Shown one piece after another: positions 51,044 through 64,000 of a stretch of 64,000 nucleotides of DNA (its first letter is position 1; each line of letters begins with the position of its first letter). The notes below the pieces were generated by a model. That model ran no database searches. It was not told the origin of the DNA and saw only the letters and a program-made list of their open reading frames with translations. The translations under genes were made by a program, and so were the position numbers. This DNA is from Octopus vulgaris (lineage: Eukaryota): assembly GCA_951406725.2 (NCBI GenBank), contig OX597815.1, forward strand, positions 79,236,001 to 79,300,000, read 5' to 3'.

Positions 51044-51361
51044 CGTATGTGTGTGGTGTGCTGGCCTCTTGAGACCGACGGATGCCAGCTACTGTTCTAA
51101 ATTTAAATCGCATGACAAATAACCATTATTTTGAATACCAGATGTATTCCTGCATATTCAAAAGGAAAAACTGCGAGAAGGACTCGTATTATACCCCGAG
51201 TTCTATTTGGTTGGACTCCGTAGTTGGGTAGGTCTCAGTGTACTAATAGTAAGCAAGCCAAAACAGGGGAGTTTGTTCGTTAAATAAATTTTTAACTATA
51301 TATTTAGTAATAATCACTAGTAACTAGATATTTTACGAAGTAACTCTCCTGCTTTGTTTCG

Positions 51362-51485
<124 letters not shown>

Positions 51486-51626
51486 GTAAAAACGAATGTG
51501 TGCGCGCGGTTGCGTGTGTGTGTGTGTGTGTGTGTGCATTAGGATAGGAAGACATATGAGTGAATTTTTTTCCTGACTTATGGACTCTTAGACGACTTAC
51601 GCAAACACACACACACACATGTATAT

Positions 51627-51713
<87 letters not shown>

Positions 51714-51975
51714 TTGGATTTATGGAACAACACCAGGCTTGAAAAATTGAAAGTCTATTGGGAAAAATACACCTAATTACCGTATTAAATGGACAAATAA
51801 ATATTTAGTCTTTGCAGAGAACATGTTTTCAGTACTTAACTCCAAAAAGAATTTATAATTTAAACTTACAAGGTAAAACTACTATTACAAAAGAAACTAC
51901 TCCCAAATACTTTATGAGTTATCCCCCTTCCCTAATTATAAAATCCAAGCAAATGTATTCTTTTTTTATCGACTA

Positions 51976-52272
51976 CTAGCAGTATCGCCCGGCGTTTGTA
52001 AGGTAAATAACTATATAAGCATTTTTAGAGAGTTACTTCCCTTATATAAACCGAGCAAAAAATACATTAAGAATGCGGAAAAATGATGGTAAAATTTTTT
52101 TTTTAATCGAAGACTCATTGTAGACGCGCGCTAATACCCAGAAGGGCTCGATATAAATCACGACTATAAGATACCCGCTTTTGGTTAAACTGCACCGCAA
52201 AATGTGGGAGTAGTTTGGAATCTAAATCGAAGTAGACAGACTCTCACACAACTTCACTTTTATATATAAAGA
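51976..52272 (-). mobile_element. Non-autonomous Helitron
   Basis: Same ends as 9768-10160, with a partial hairpin deletion. Confidence 0.85.
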
Positions 52273-52429
52273 TTTTCTACTTGTGAGATTACAGGTTTTA
52301 GTCAGACAGAATGTTGCTATGTAACACTCCTGCCTAGTTTCTTAAAGCAGTGGGTTACTTTTCTGACGAACGCAAAGCCGGGTGCTAATGAAAGGAAGTT
52401 TTACACAGTACACGCGCACACACGTGGGC

Positions 52430-53165
52430 TGCACACAAAAAAAATGCAGAAGTGGACATAACTTTTACTAAAATTAACATTGGTTGTTCAAATAGTGCAT
52501 GATGGGAGAGTAACTCTTCCTCTATGGTAAATCGCCTTTTTATTCTTCTTTATTGCAGGAAAATAATGGGTTCCAAGCAGAAGTAACTTGCTGTTATCGA
52601 ATTGTTAAAGAAAAAGGGTTGCAGGCTGTCCGAAAGCCACAAACAACTACAAGTTGTTAACGGAGATAACTCCATTGTCATGAACAACGTGCAGAGATGC
52701 TTGAAGAAATCCAAAGAAAGAAAGAGAAAAAAACCTTGTATACAAACCACGCAGTGAGAAACCATTAATTGCGACCACTAACAAAACCCGCTAGAGTTTG
52801 GACGAAATGATTTGCGCGAACAGATGAGTTTGTGAAATCGCGGTGCAATTGGAATGTTTGGCAGAAACGTTAGCACGCCGAGCGAAATGCTTTGCGGTAT
52901 TTCGTCCGCCGCTGCGTTCTGAGTTCAAATTCCGCCGAGGTCGACTTTGCTTTTCATCCTTTCGAGGTCGATAAATTAAGTACCAGTTACGCACTGGGGT
53001 CGATGTAATCGACTTAATCCATTTGTCTGCCCTTGTTTGTCACCTCTGTGTTGAGCCCCTTGTGGGTAGTAAAGAAATATATATATAACCGGAAATGGTG
53101 GAATACTTTAGATATCGGAGAGTGTGTGCAAAGAGGGCTCCTCAGCAGTTGACACTCGACTTGAA
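52430..53165 (+). mobile_element. Degraded mariner 5' part split by a SINE (52858-53080)
   Basis: Transposase traces (AVIELL..., VCEIAVQLEC | MVEYFRYRRVCAKRAPQQLT) on both sides of a SINE. Confidence 0.6.
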
Positions 53166-55579
53166 GAAGCACACGCACATATATACATACCTATATGTGT
53201 GTGAACGCATGTGCAAGTGCTTGAAATGGAATAAATTTCGACTTACTTGTCATTTTTTTCAACAAAAGATCGGAAATACAACTCTATGTTTGCAATGGGC
53301 ACCTAAAAACAGAAAGCATATTTATTTAATGATAATGAATTACCTATACAGGCATTATCTATTCGCACGCGCGCGCGCATACACACACACATAAAGTCTA
53401 TTTCTACTGGCCTGTTTCTCTGTTAATCTGGAGCATCCTTTCATTTAGACGATTCATCAGACAAAATAAACTCGATGAGAGCAGATTAGTTCGCGTAAAA
53501 TTAGATAGACAGACGCATACGCTCGGTTTAACGATTGCCTTGCCTGCCGACAGAAGTTTATGATTAGCTGGCCATTTACAGCACAGAAAAGGACGAAGTA
53601 AACTAACGTTTCGGGTGAAAACCTTTAACAAAGTAGACTAAGAAGGGAATAAGCAAGAAGAGAAACTAAACCTGTTTAAAACACTTGTGTACCTTTCTAC
53701 TACATGTTATCATATTAAACCGTTAATCCCAACACATTGTTTTCTCACCCCCACCCACCCATTTTACTCTCTCGTCCCTTTCTTCCCGAGAGTCAAACAA
53801 ATACACCTGTTTGTTGTTCCCTCACCTGTCTGTCTTTTGTTTTCTGCACATTTGAACCTCATGTATGTATGTATGTATGTATGTATGTATGTATGTATGT
53901 ATGTATGTATGTATGTATGTATGTGTGTGTGTGTGTGTGTGTGTGTTTGTGTGTGTGTATAGTTATGGCATATTCTGTTAAGAACGTAGTAGAGTACAGT
54001 ATAAAGCTCGGCCACCTTTATATTTCAGGCTACTAAATTCTAGCCACGACAGACAGAGAGGATGATCTTGAAGCAGAGAATCATATCGCCTGAGGAAACA
54101 CTAAATTTCATAATGCAGAGAACAGTTGCATAATCAAGTACCTGCACGCCTGAAGAACTACATTGCATAGAAATAATTGTAGTGATTAAAAAAATAATGT
54201 CCAACCGTACTCCCTCTTGTTGACTCCAAAATTTTTCAATTATCTATTCACACACGACAGAAGCCCAAACGCAAACACGGAAGTACATGTAATACTACTA
54301 CTGGATAGAAAAGGGTGAAATATGAAGGTGGATGAGCTTTATACTGTACTCTACTGTGCTCGTAACAGAATATACTATTACTATATACATATATGTGTGT
54401 GTGGAGAGAGAGACATACATTCATGCATACTAAACATGCGGACAGGCACGCATATGTATATATAGAAATGCAATCTGACACACACATACACATATGAATA
54501 GGGGGAAGGAGAGTGGGAGAGAGTTCGCCGAATTATTATCATTATTTAATTGTGTTGTATCTTGAAAATGCATATTTTGCGCAGTGGCAATATCTTGGTA
54601 TTTTCTCAGCATGCTTGTTAACCAAGTTTTCGTTACTTAACAGAATGCACAAGGCACAAGGCACAAGTCACATACGCCGGATAGTTTATTATATTGGTGT
54701 GCATTTTTTTTATTATTGACCATTCTATTCCATATTTAATTTTACTTCTTTTAATCTCCATATTAGGTCCACTAGTGATGTTGCATGTCACTTGCTTAGC
54801 TTTCGGAATGAGGAGATATGGTTGCGATAACGAACTTTAAATTGGTTTTTGGAGGCTCCTATATATGTGTATTTATGTTATGGTGTTGTGATTGTGCATT
54901 TGTATACGTTGTTTTTTTTGCATGCATTGGTTCCTGAGTGGACATGCAGATTTCTTGTGACAGCTCCAATAAGTTGCACTGTTATAATTTTTGCAGTTAT
55001 TTTTTCAATTATATATATATCATTAATTAAATATATTCTGTTAGAATATTATACACTGAATTTATAATGAGTACTCTTTGTATAAAATGTCAAAAAATAT
55101 TAATACTATAAAGTATTTAGACATTAATATGAGCGATTATATATATACTGTATTTTGAAATAATAGCATGAAATTCAATATCAAAAATATTCCTCACGAA
55201 GATGTATATGTCTAAAATAGTATTGTATTAAAAATATATGTAAATATATGAAACTTGACAGTTTAAAAATTTGTAAATTAATGCATCATACGATCGTATC
55301 ACGAGTCATTATAATGGAATCCATTGTTAATACACATTGATAGACAATACTTCTGCTCGTCAGAGACGGAGAAGATAAGGTTTTTATAATGTATCGAATG
55401 TTGTTTTCCAGAGAAAGTTTTTTTCAAAATAGATTAAAATTTACTAGTTTGATTTATGCAGGTCGACTTTAGTAATAAAATTTAGAGTTTGTGTATATAT
55501 ATCCTTGGTAAGTTCATCTCAGTAATCTATGACTGGTTTTCATTTATGCAGATAGACTTTGGTATGAAACTTTCGAGTT

Positions 55580-55644
<65 letters not shown>

Positions 55645-55671
55645 TTGTTAAATTCATCTTGGTAATCCATG

Positions 55672-55763
55672 ACAATTTTGTGTAAACAGTACCTTATCCT
55701 GCATTCTCTATCTGAGATTGGACCACCAAGGTACAAGATAAGGTACTGTTTACACAAAATTGT
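55672..55763. other. Perfect 27-bp hairpin
   Basis: ACAATTTTGTGTAAACAGTACCTTATC (55672-55698) and its exact reverse complement (55737-55763), with a 38-nt spacer. Confidence 0.95.
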
Positions 55764-56443
55764 GTTGTTAGCCTTGAGAGATCCTCTCATTTAGGTGTTT
55801 GGTGTATAAAAGCAAACATTTCAATCGTAGCAGAAGAAATGTGTCTGCCATGTTCGCTAGAATTCCCATATTATGTGATTTTGGTCTATTGGTCACCTCA
55901 TACCAGTCAGATTTCGGTACTACAATATATAGGATATAATCATCTTTTCAGGTGCTGATGTCACAAACACCCTGCAAGTTTATTAAAAATTATCAAATTG
56001 TTAAAGAGGTTCTCTCAAGGATAATTATGCAATATTGGGTTTTCTAACAAGGCATCCCATTTTAGTTGGATATAAAGATTATCTTTTGGTACTAATACAG
56101 CTTCTGTGACTGATAATTAATTTTTAATAAGGCTGCTGCTTATTTGTGACATCAAACTATTGGATATTGTTAAACATAGCTGGTTGCAATGCGTTTCGCA
56201 TTGTTTTATTTTTCGAAAGATGCTACCTTGCTGGCTAGCTGGGCTGGACAACATTCATCCTCATCAGAAGGCTAGTCCATCACACCGTTATCTATTTACA
56301 GCTGAGTGGACTGGAGCAACATGAAATGAAGTCTTTTGCTCAAGATTACAATGCGCCACTCGGTCCAGGAAGTATCAAAGCTACAATCTTGTGATTGTCA
56401 GTGTAACACCCTGACCACTAAGTCACACGCTTTCACACAATAC

Positions 56444-56504
<61 letters not shown>

Positions 56505-56509
56505 TACAT

Positions 56510-57236
56510 TTGTGTATGGATGAGGACAACTATGTGAAGTTTCACACCCTAACAGTGGAGGGAACCTGTAGAAGTGGTAGACCCAGGAAGACCTAGGATG
56601 AGGTGGTGAACACAACCATCGAATGTTGGGCCTTACAGAGGCAATGACAAGTAACCGACATCTTTGGAGATATGCTGTACTTAAGAAGATCCAGCAATCC
56701 AAGTGAGATTGTAGCCATGGCCGATACCAGTGTCGCATAACCAAACTGTGTAAAAGTACCCTTCAATCGTCGGGCAATATGCTGTGCTTGAGAAGACTTG
56801 TTGAGTCAAGCGAAATCGTTGTCATGGCTGATACCAGTGCCGCTTGACTTGCACCCATGCCAGTGGCACGTAAAAAGCACCATTCGAGCGTGGCCGATGC
56901 TAGTGCCAGTGGCACGTAAAAAGCACCATTTGAGCATGATTGATGCCAGTGCCGCTTGACTGACACTCGTGACAGTGGCACGTAAAAAGCACCATTCGAG
57001 CGTGGCCGATGCTAGTGCCAGTGACACGTAAAAGGCACCATTCGAGCATGGTTGAAGCAAGCACCCACTACAATCTCGGAGTGGTTGGCGTTAGGAAAGG
57101 CATCCAGCTGTAGAAACATTGTCAGAACAGATTGGAGCCTGGTGCAGCCTTCTGGTTTGCCAATCTTCAGTCAAACCATCTAACCCATGCCGTCATGGAA
57201 AGTGGACGTTAAACGATGATGATGATGGTGATGATA
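56510..57236 (+). mobile_element. RTE-clade LINE 3' end with tandem repeats in the 3' UTR
   Basis: LTVEGTCRSGRPRKT*DEVV C-terminus; four units containing CAGTG(G/A)CACGTAAAA(A/G)GCACCATT; (GAT)n tail. Confidence 0.8.
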
Positions 57237-57237
57237 A

Positions 57238-57314
<77 letters not shown>

Positions 57315-57315
57315 G

Positions 57316-58731
57316 CTAGCACTATGATCCGGCGTTGCCGGATCTAGTTCTTGTGCTTGTTGTTCGTTGCTGATTCCGGCGAAAAGCCAGAGCAATTAGA
57401 GCACAAAAAATAGCATTCAAAGTGATTTTATGAGTATGACGCATTGAAACAAGTAATGCAGTAAGGTCAATAGTTAAACGTTCATGACGCATAGAGGCAC
57501 GTAAGACATTAAGGTTAACTAAGGTATAAATAATAGGTATGCCTTTTCGTCGGAAGGCTAATTGGGCTCCCGATTCACTGAAACGGAGGAGGTTAGGTTA
57601 GGAACACAACTAAGCCTCTAACTAAAACCTAGACAAACCTTACGGGAGGGGGCTCGGGCGCCTCTAATAGGCAGCTTTTAATCCCGATCTATCACTAATC
57701 CATTGTAGGGGTTCTAAATGACAAAGCTGTTGAGGAAATTGGCTGTGGAGATGTGCATGGCGGGTTTGTTTCGGAGGAGAACGACTGCATTGGATTAAGG
57801 ACTATTGAAGAATGTAGCTTTAGAGATCCTAACTCGTTTATTATTCCCTGCATTTCTCAAATAAAAAAAGCGTGCACTTTTGAAAGCCAAAACACTTGAT
57901 AACGCGTTTTTGCAAAACACAAAAATGCGCTGAGACATTCAGACTATCTGCAAATGAGCACGCGCATTCAACTGTCATGGGTAAAATTACCTCCGTCTAA
58001 TAAAAAAAAAAAACAGCTGGCAGTCTATTGGCCTATCTAGCTGTACGCACGCACCGCGTACAAATTTTTATATGTTTTAGCGATTTTGAATGGATATGCC
58101 CATAACTTATGGGCATAAGGGGTCGGTTTATCGATTTTTTAATGGCTTTCTGGGGTGACTGGGGAAAAGGAAAAGATCTTCACGACCACCCTCAGACAGT
58201 TTTGAAAGTCCATAGAAAATGCAAACCTTTTACGTGAAAAACTGTGTATTTGTATAAAGGACACACAGACACAGAGATATTTTGCCGTTTATAGATATAG
58301 AGATTTTAAGCAAACGTTTAGAAATTCTCTGGGAAACTAGAAAATCCAGAAATCTGGGACAGTTCCGGTCATAAAATGGATAAATTGGTCTGGTACAGTA
58401 TTGAGGTGTGATGCATAACAAAGAGAGGGAAATGCAGAGTTTTAAAGAGTTATTTCCCTTGATATGGTTTAATATCTTTATATTAAGCCGCTGGATTAAG
58501 TGAGTTACGTCCCTTGTATTAAAGACTTTCGTTACCTGAAACATAACAGGTAGGTTTATCGATTTTTTTAATGGCTTTCTGGGGTGATTGGGGAAATGAA
58601 AAGATCTTCACGACCACCCTCAGACAGCTTTGAAAGCCCGTAGAAAATGCGAGCCTTTTACGTGAAAAACTGTGGATTTGTATAAAGGACACACAGATAC
58701 ACAGACATTTTGCCGTTTATAGATATAGAGA
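57316..58731 (-). mobile_element. Composite non-autonomous Helitron with two 5' termini
   Basis: Minus-strand 3' end GATCCGGC-AAC-GCCGGATC-ATAGTGCTAG; 5' ends A|TCTCTATATCTATAAACGGCAAAA at both 58303 and 58731; duplicated module of about 180 bp. Confidence 0.75.
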
Positions 58732-59747
58732 TATGTATAGACATCTATACATAAATACACACACATACACACACACACTCACATATATATACATATGCAC
58801 GTAAATATAGAACGTACATACACATACCCCACACTCACTCTCTCTTACCAGCCCCCCACAATTATATTTGTACAAGCAAAAGGTTGACAGTCAATTAAAA
58901 GTTTTCCTTGTGAGCTGACTTCATCCGACCGTAAAATTGATTTGTCTTAGATGCTGTTTATATGCTTGGGTCAAAGTTAAATGGGAGGTCTAGCGTGGCT
59001 GAGTTGAAATGATTGGAATAATTTAAAAACAACAATAACATCATCATTATGTTCTGAGTTCAAGTCCTACCACAGCCTACTAACATTTTCATCGTCTCAG
59101 GAGTCAATAAAATTGATTTTATTTTCTCTCAAAATGTGTGCGGCTTTTTCACTCATCTAAGAAGTCATCATCAGCACAACCAATAATAACAGTTTCAAAT
59201 TTTGCCACAAGGACAGTAATTTTGGGTGAGGGGATGAGTCGATTACACTGACCCCAGTATTTAACTGGTACTTATTTTATTGATCCCGAAAGGATGAAAG
59301 GTAAAGTTGACCTCAGCAGAATTTGAACTCAGAACATACCAATGGGTGAAATACTGTTAAGCATTTCATCCAGAACGTTAATGATTCTACCGACTCGCTA
59401 CCTTACCACTACCGATAATAACAAATTCTTATTTAGGTATAAAGCCACTCTCATCAACTCTAGAAGGATAAAAAGTAAAATCAGCCTTGACAGGATTTGA
59501 ACTCAGAACATACATCAAGCTATTTTTGTTCGTGTGGTTCAACTGATTCTGTTACTCTATCGTCCAAACTACATCAATACCAACGATAGCAATAGCAACA
59601 ACAATAACAAATCCAAGACTGCTATTTCCACATCACTCCCAGATTCTAATTTTCCAATCCATACTTTAAGTGATACACCCTTAACTATCCCATTAGTGCC
59701 AAGTGTGTCCCATGGTCAGTAGTATGATATATTCATCCCATTTTAAA

Positions 59748-59799
<52 letters not shown>

Positions 59800-59831
<32 letters not shown>

Positions 59832-60095
59832 ATTATTGTATACAGTGCTCTGGTGCACCACAACTTATCAAAAGTGCATATAAAGCATATGCAGTAATGT
59901 ACAAATGTCTGGGAAGTGAACAGTGTATGAGTCAGATACATGCTTGCGTGTGTATGGAGGGGAGAAAATCAGGTGTAGTATTGGCGAATCTCAGGAAGCA
60001 TGGAAGTTTTGAAGGATGCAGTGCTCCGACAACTAACAACTGATGCCGGCAGCTTGTTACATACTTCAGCAACTCTTAAAGTGAAAAAATGTTTC
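59800..60095 (-). mobile_element. CR1-type LINE 3' end
   Basis: HFFTLRVAEVCNKLPASVVSCRSTASFKTSML; (ATT)n tail. Confidence 0.8.
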
Positions 60096-61211
60096 CATAC
60101 ACAAAGGAAAAATAAAAATTCTAAGAAGCAGTAAAAATAATCAACTTTGCAATTAAACAATTTAAAAAGCAATTGTAGTTAGATTACTAAAACACCAACA
60201 ATAGATTAAACTTTAAAATTTTTTGACTTACCCAGTAGTAAATAGAAGGAGAAATACAGAAAACAGTTTGATAATTGCTTGTGCGGTGAATGTAGTAGTG
60301 TTTATATAAATACTGTTTATATAAATGCTTGGAAACCAGATATAAGTTTAATTGAAAACCATATATAATCAACAACCACACCTGTAACTGTGATCAAGTG
60401 AATCTGTTCTTTGTTGAGAAGTAGGTTATCTTTGTGTCTGATATTGTCATTATAATGAGCTGAGAAGGGAGGTGGTTGGATTCTCAGATTTGGTGGAGCA
60501 TTGGATAAAATACCTCATGATATTTAATTGCATCACTTTATGCTTCAAATTAAAATTGCATTGGAAACAACTTTGCTTTTCAGCCTTCTGGGGTTAATAA
60601 AATAAAGTAACTGTCAAATACTAGTATTGATATAACTGATAATTTCTTCCCTAAAATTCTAAGTCTTGTGCCCATGTAAGAGATTATTTATTACAATGAT
60701 CTGAAAGGGCAGTGAATACACACAATCAATAAAGTGTTACACAATATACCAATATTTACCAGTCAATGTAATTGATTATAGACTTCCTCCAAACTGTTTG
60801 ACTTTGTGGTAATGTGAAACTCATTATAAGAGCCAAGAAGGCAGTAAGTGCTGTCACAAGCCCTAGGACTGATGCAAGTCCATCCCTCACAGAGTTAATC
60901 ATTTATAGTTGAGTGGTTTATAGCAACATGAAATGAAGTGTTTTGCTCAAGAACATGATATACCAGCTGGTCCAGGAATTAAGACCACAATCTTGCGATT
61001 ATCAGTGCAGCACCTTAACTACTAAACCACACACTGTCTAGAGTCTTTGTTCTCAAACTGGGGTCTGCGGACCCCTGGGAGTTCACAAAGCAATTTTAGG
61101 GAGTCTGCAAAGGGGTCACCGATTTTCATGCTTAAAACCCTAGGTTTTCTGGTATTAGCTAAAACTGGAACCATTGAACATGCACACACTACACAGAACC
61201 CCTAATTTACA

Positions 61212-61611
61212 TCTTTATATATAAAGGTCAAGTTGTGTGTCTGTCTCCTACGATTTAGATTCCTAACTACTCCCACATTTTGCGGTGCAGTTTAACCAAA
61301 ACCGGGTATCTTATAGTCGTGATTCATATCGAGCCCTTCTGGGTATTAGCGCGCGTCTACGATGAGTCTATGATTTTAAAAAAAATTTACCATAATTTTT
61401 TTCCATTTTAATGCATTTTTTCGATATTATATAAGGGAAGTAACTCTCTAAAAATGTCTACGATGAGTCAACGATTCTTAAAAAAATTTACCATAATTTT
61501 TTTTTCCATTTTTAATGCATTTTTTTTGCTATTTTTTGGCTATAACTCTCTAAAAATGCTTATATAGTTATTTCCTTTACAAACCCGAGCAATGCCGGGC
61601 GATACTGCTAG
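61212..61611 (+). mobile_element. Non-autonomous Helitron
   Basis: A|TCTTTATATATAAAG...CCCGAGCAATGCCGGGCGATACTGCTAG|T. Confidence 0.88.
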
Positions 61612-61772
61612 TGTTAAATAAAACTTTACAGATAGAATGCATTTGAGGTAATGCGTCATGTTGCATGCAGGGCATACACACATGTACTTGAATGCAGGCA
61701 TCTCTCTGTGGCTTTATTGACTGGTGCAAGGGTATTGGTACAACAAGTCTAAACAAGATTGAAAATAGGCGA

Positions 61773-62456
61773 TGTGACTGCCCAGAATATACCCCTGCCC
61801 AAACTATACTCAGGGCTAGTCTGGCCTAGCCCAGACTATAACCCCTCCAGACAACAAGGTCAGAATATACTCCTGTCCAGGCTACACCTCATGCTTGTGG
61901 ACAAATAACACAGTTGTACCTCACATATAAAAGTTGCCTCAGAACATATATAAAATTTGATATCACTCGATGAAGAATTAAAAGTTACATATAAATTTCG
62001 ATTTAAACATAGCAATTTAGAATTATCAAATGCAAAATGCTTTAAAATGTACCAATATAAACCCAACATGAATGGCCACATTTGCGTGAGTCCCGGCTAT
62101 GACTCATAGTACAGGTGTGCTGTGCAGCATGTGAGAGTTATTAATTTTTTTCCAATCTACCTATACATTTGGGTTTATATCGGTGCATTGAATATTTGCA
62201 TTTGACAATTCTAAATTGCTGTTTAAATCGAAATTTACATGTAACTTTTAACTCTTCGTCAATTGATATCAAATTTTGTATATGTTCTGAGGCAACTTTT
62301 ATAAGCAAGATGCATTTATGTTATTTGTCTGCAAGCATGGGGTATAGTCTGAACAGGGGTATATTCTGGGCTGGCTGTCTGAAGTGGGTATAGTCTGGGC
62401 TAGCCCAGACTAGCCCCAGGTATAATCTGGGCAGGGGTATATTCTGGGCTGTTACA
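61773..62456. mobile_element. Long-TIR foldback MITE
   Basis: Imperfect inverted arms of about 290 bp (61773 to ~62065 versus ~62165 to 62456); ends TGTGAC...GTTACA; subterminal repeats CCAGA(A/C)TATACCCC. Confidence 0.85.
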
Positions 62457-63591
62457 GCAGCTGTAACACTGGCTCATTGATGACATAGTCCACAAGAGTG
62501 GTTTATGAAGAGGCTGCGATCTGTTTTCACTATCACACATTTACAAATGCCAATATTTTCGACATATCATTGTAAGTTTATTCTTAATTTTACTTTTTAT
62601 GTTTGTATTAAGTATCAATAAGTAGGGACCTAATAAGCCAATAAAAAGACAAGCTAGTAGCGCTGTCAGAATTAAGACATTCATTCTACAAAAAGTACCT
62701 AGTAACTTTTAGTTGAACTTTTTTAAAGTAGCTGCAAAGCGTTACAATGGTAAGAAACTTGACCCAAGTCCAACTGAATGACTAAAATGAGGATATTAAA
62801 GTAAAGCAAAATTAATCAATTTCGAAGTAACTTCTTCATGAATAGGGACTAACCTTTTTTTGATAAAATATCTGACATATATATATATAAATTGAGATAG
62901 GGGTTGTAAATGCAACCTTCCATGGGATAACATATATCCAATATACTGCTAGTGAAGTACCCAACAAAGTTAATACATAAATGTTAATGATTGCGATGCA
63001 ATCAATTCATTTACTGTATTATATGGGCAAAGGTAAAATGATTTACCACAAATTACTAATACAAGATGAGAAAATGGAGAAATACATCTAAATCAAATAT
63101 CAATTACCAGATAATACTCAATCACATACTTTATTAAACCACCACATAAGAGACTGTAGGGTTAAATATAAAAAGCAGAACAAATCAGTGTACATAAAGG
63201 AATGTACATAAAAAAGTGTACATAAAAGAGTAATGTTGTATAATAAGTAGAATATGTATAAAAGAGAATATAAATATATATATATATATATATGGAGCAC
63301 TCCGTTGGTTACGACGATGAGGGTCCCAGCTGATATGATCAACGGAACAGCCTACTCATGAAATTAAGTGCAAGTGACTGAGCAATCCACAGACACATAA
63401 TAAAGTGTCTTGCCCAAGGACACAATGCGTCACCGGGAATCAAACTTATGACCTTACAATCATGAGCCAAATGTCCTAACCACTAATATACTGATAAAAG
63501 TAACAGAATTTTCTGAACAGAGTGAAATAGTACAAAATTCTGTACATTTACAGTACAATATTTACATAATTTTATTATATTTATTTGTAGA

Positions 63592-64000
63592 ATGTCTTTT
63601 ACAAAGAAAAAGAGATATGATGAGTCATATTTGAACTTCAGTTTCACTGTGCTTACTGGTGGTAGAATAGAAAAACCACAGAGTGTTCTATGCTCTTAGG
63701 TATTGGCAGCGTCTTCACTGAAGCCCAGCAGGCTAAAGAGGCATTTGGAAACAAAACATTCCAGTGCAGTCAACAAAGACGAGGAACTTTTCAGATCCCA
63801 AGCTGACAGATTGGTCAAATCCAAACTCGATGACACAGGGATGTGTATGCAGGACGTTGTAGCTGGTCTGAAAGCCTCATACGAGGTTTCAAGGAAAATT
63901 GCTGCTACAAAAAAACCTCATAACATTGGAGGGCATTTAATTCTTCCTTACTGCAAAAATATAATCTTACTTGTGCTTGGAATGTCTGAACTATAGAAGC
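63592..64000 (+). pseudogene. hAT (Charlie/Buster; ZBED5/FAM200-like) transposase N-terminus, disabled, running off the window
   Basis: KKRYDESYLNFSF...KPQSVLCS*VLA..SLKPSRLKRHLETKH...ASYEVSRKIAATKKPHNIGGHLILP; in-frame TAGs; probable left end of the element near 61044 (TTCTCAAACTGGGGTCTGCGGACCCC). Confidence 0.88.

Noticed and set aside
56830-57050. Repeat-spacer-like array (CAGTGGCACGTAAAAAGCACCATT units) resembling CRISPR
   Set aside because: The spacers are themselves repeated, the array lies in an RTE LINE 3' UTR in a eukaryotic context, and there are no cas genes.
57320-57560. CpG-rich patch with two TGACGCA sites as a gene promoter
   Set aside because: It lies inside a Helitron whose 3' hairpin and CTAG are at 57316-57344; CpG richness more likely reflects element youth.

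Overview
This is AT-rich animal genomic DNA saturated with microsatellites and transposons. The SINE families and repeat spectrum suggest an octopus or other coleoid cephalopod (inference). Two host genes are supported, and they point away from each other. (1) A plus-strand gene with three coding exons (34233-35469, 45943-46209, 48718-49022; 602 aa after splicing) encodes a BTB + NPH3-domain protein of the NPH3/RPT2-like (NRL) family, which is usually described as plant-specific. (2) A minus-strand short-chain dehydrogenase/reductase has its whole fold in one exon (10482-11272) and a bacterial FabL/ChcA-type Y-x6-K active site. Between them lies a repeat-poor island with an RFX X-box-like palindrome and a strong splice donor, which is a candidate promoter. 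The rest is mobile DNA: a pogo element with a nested GC-rich MITE, two near-intact mariner copies, hAT elements, non-autonomous Helitrons with swapped ends, a solo LTR, CR1-type, RTE, R4/Dong and CRE LINE fragments, and many tRNA-SINEs. There are also numerous Penelope-like remnants carrying hammerhead ribozyme motifs, often as inverted pairs. Most ORFs in the supplied track are microsatellite artefacts.
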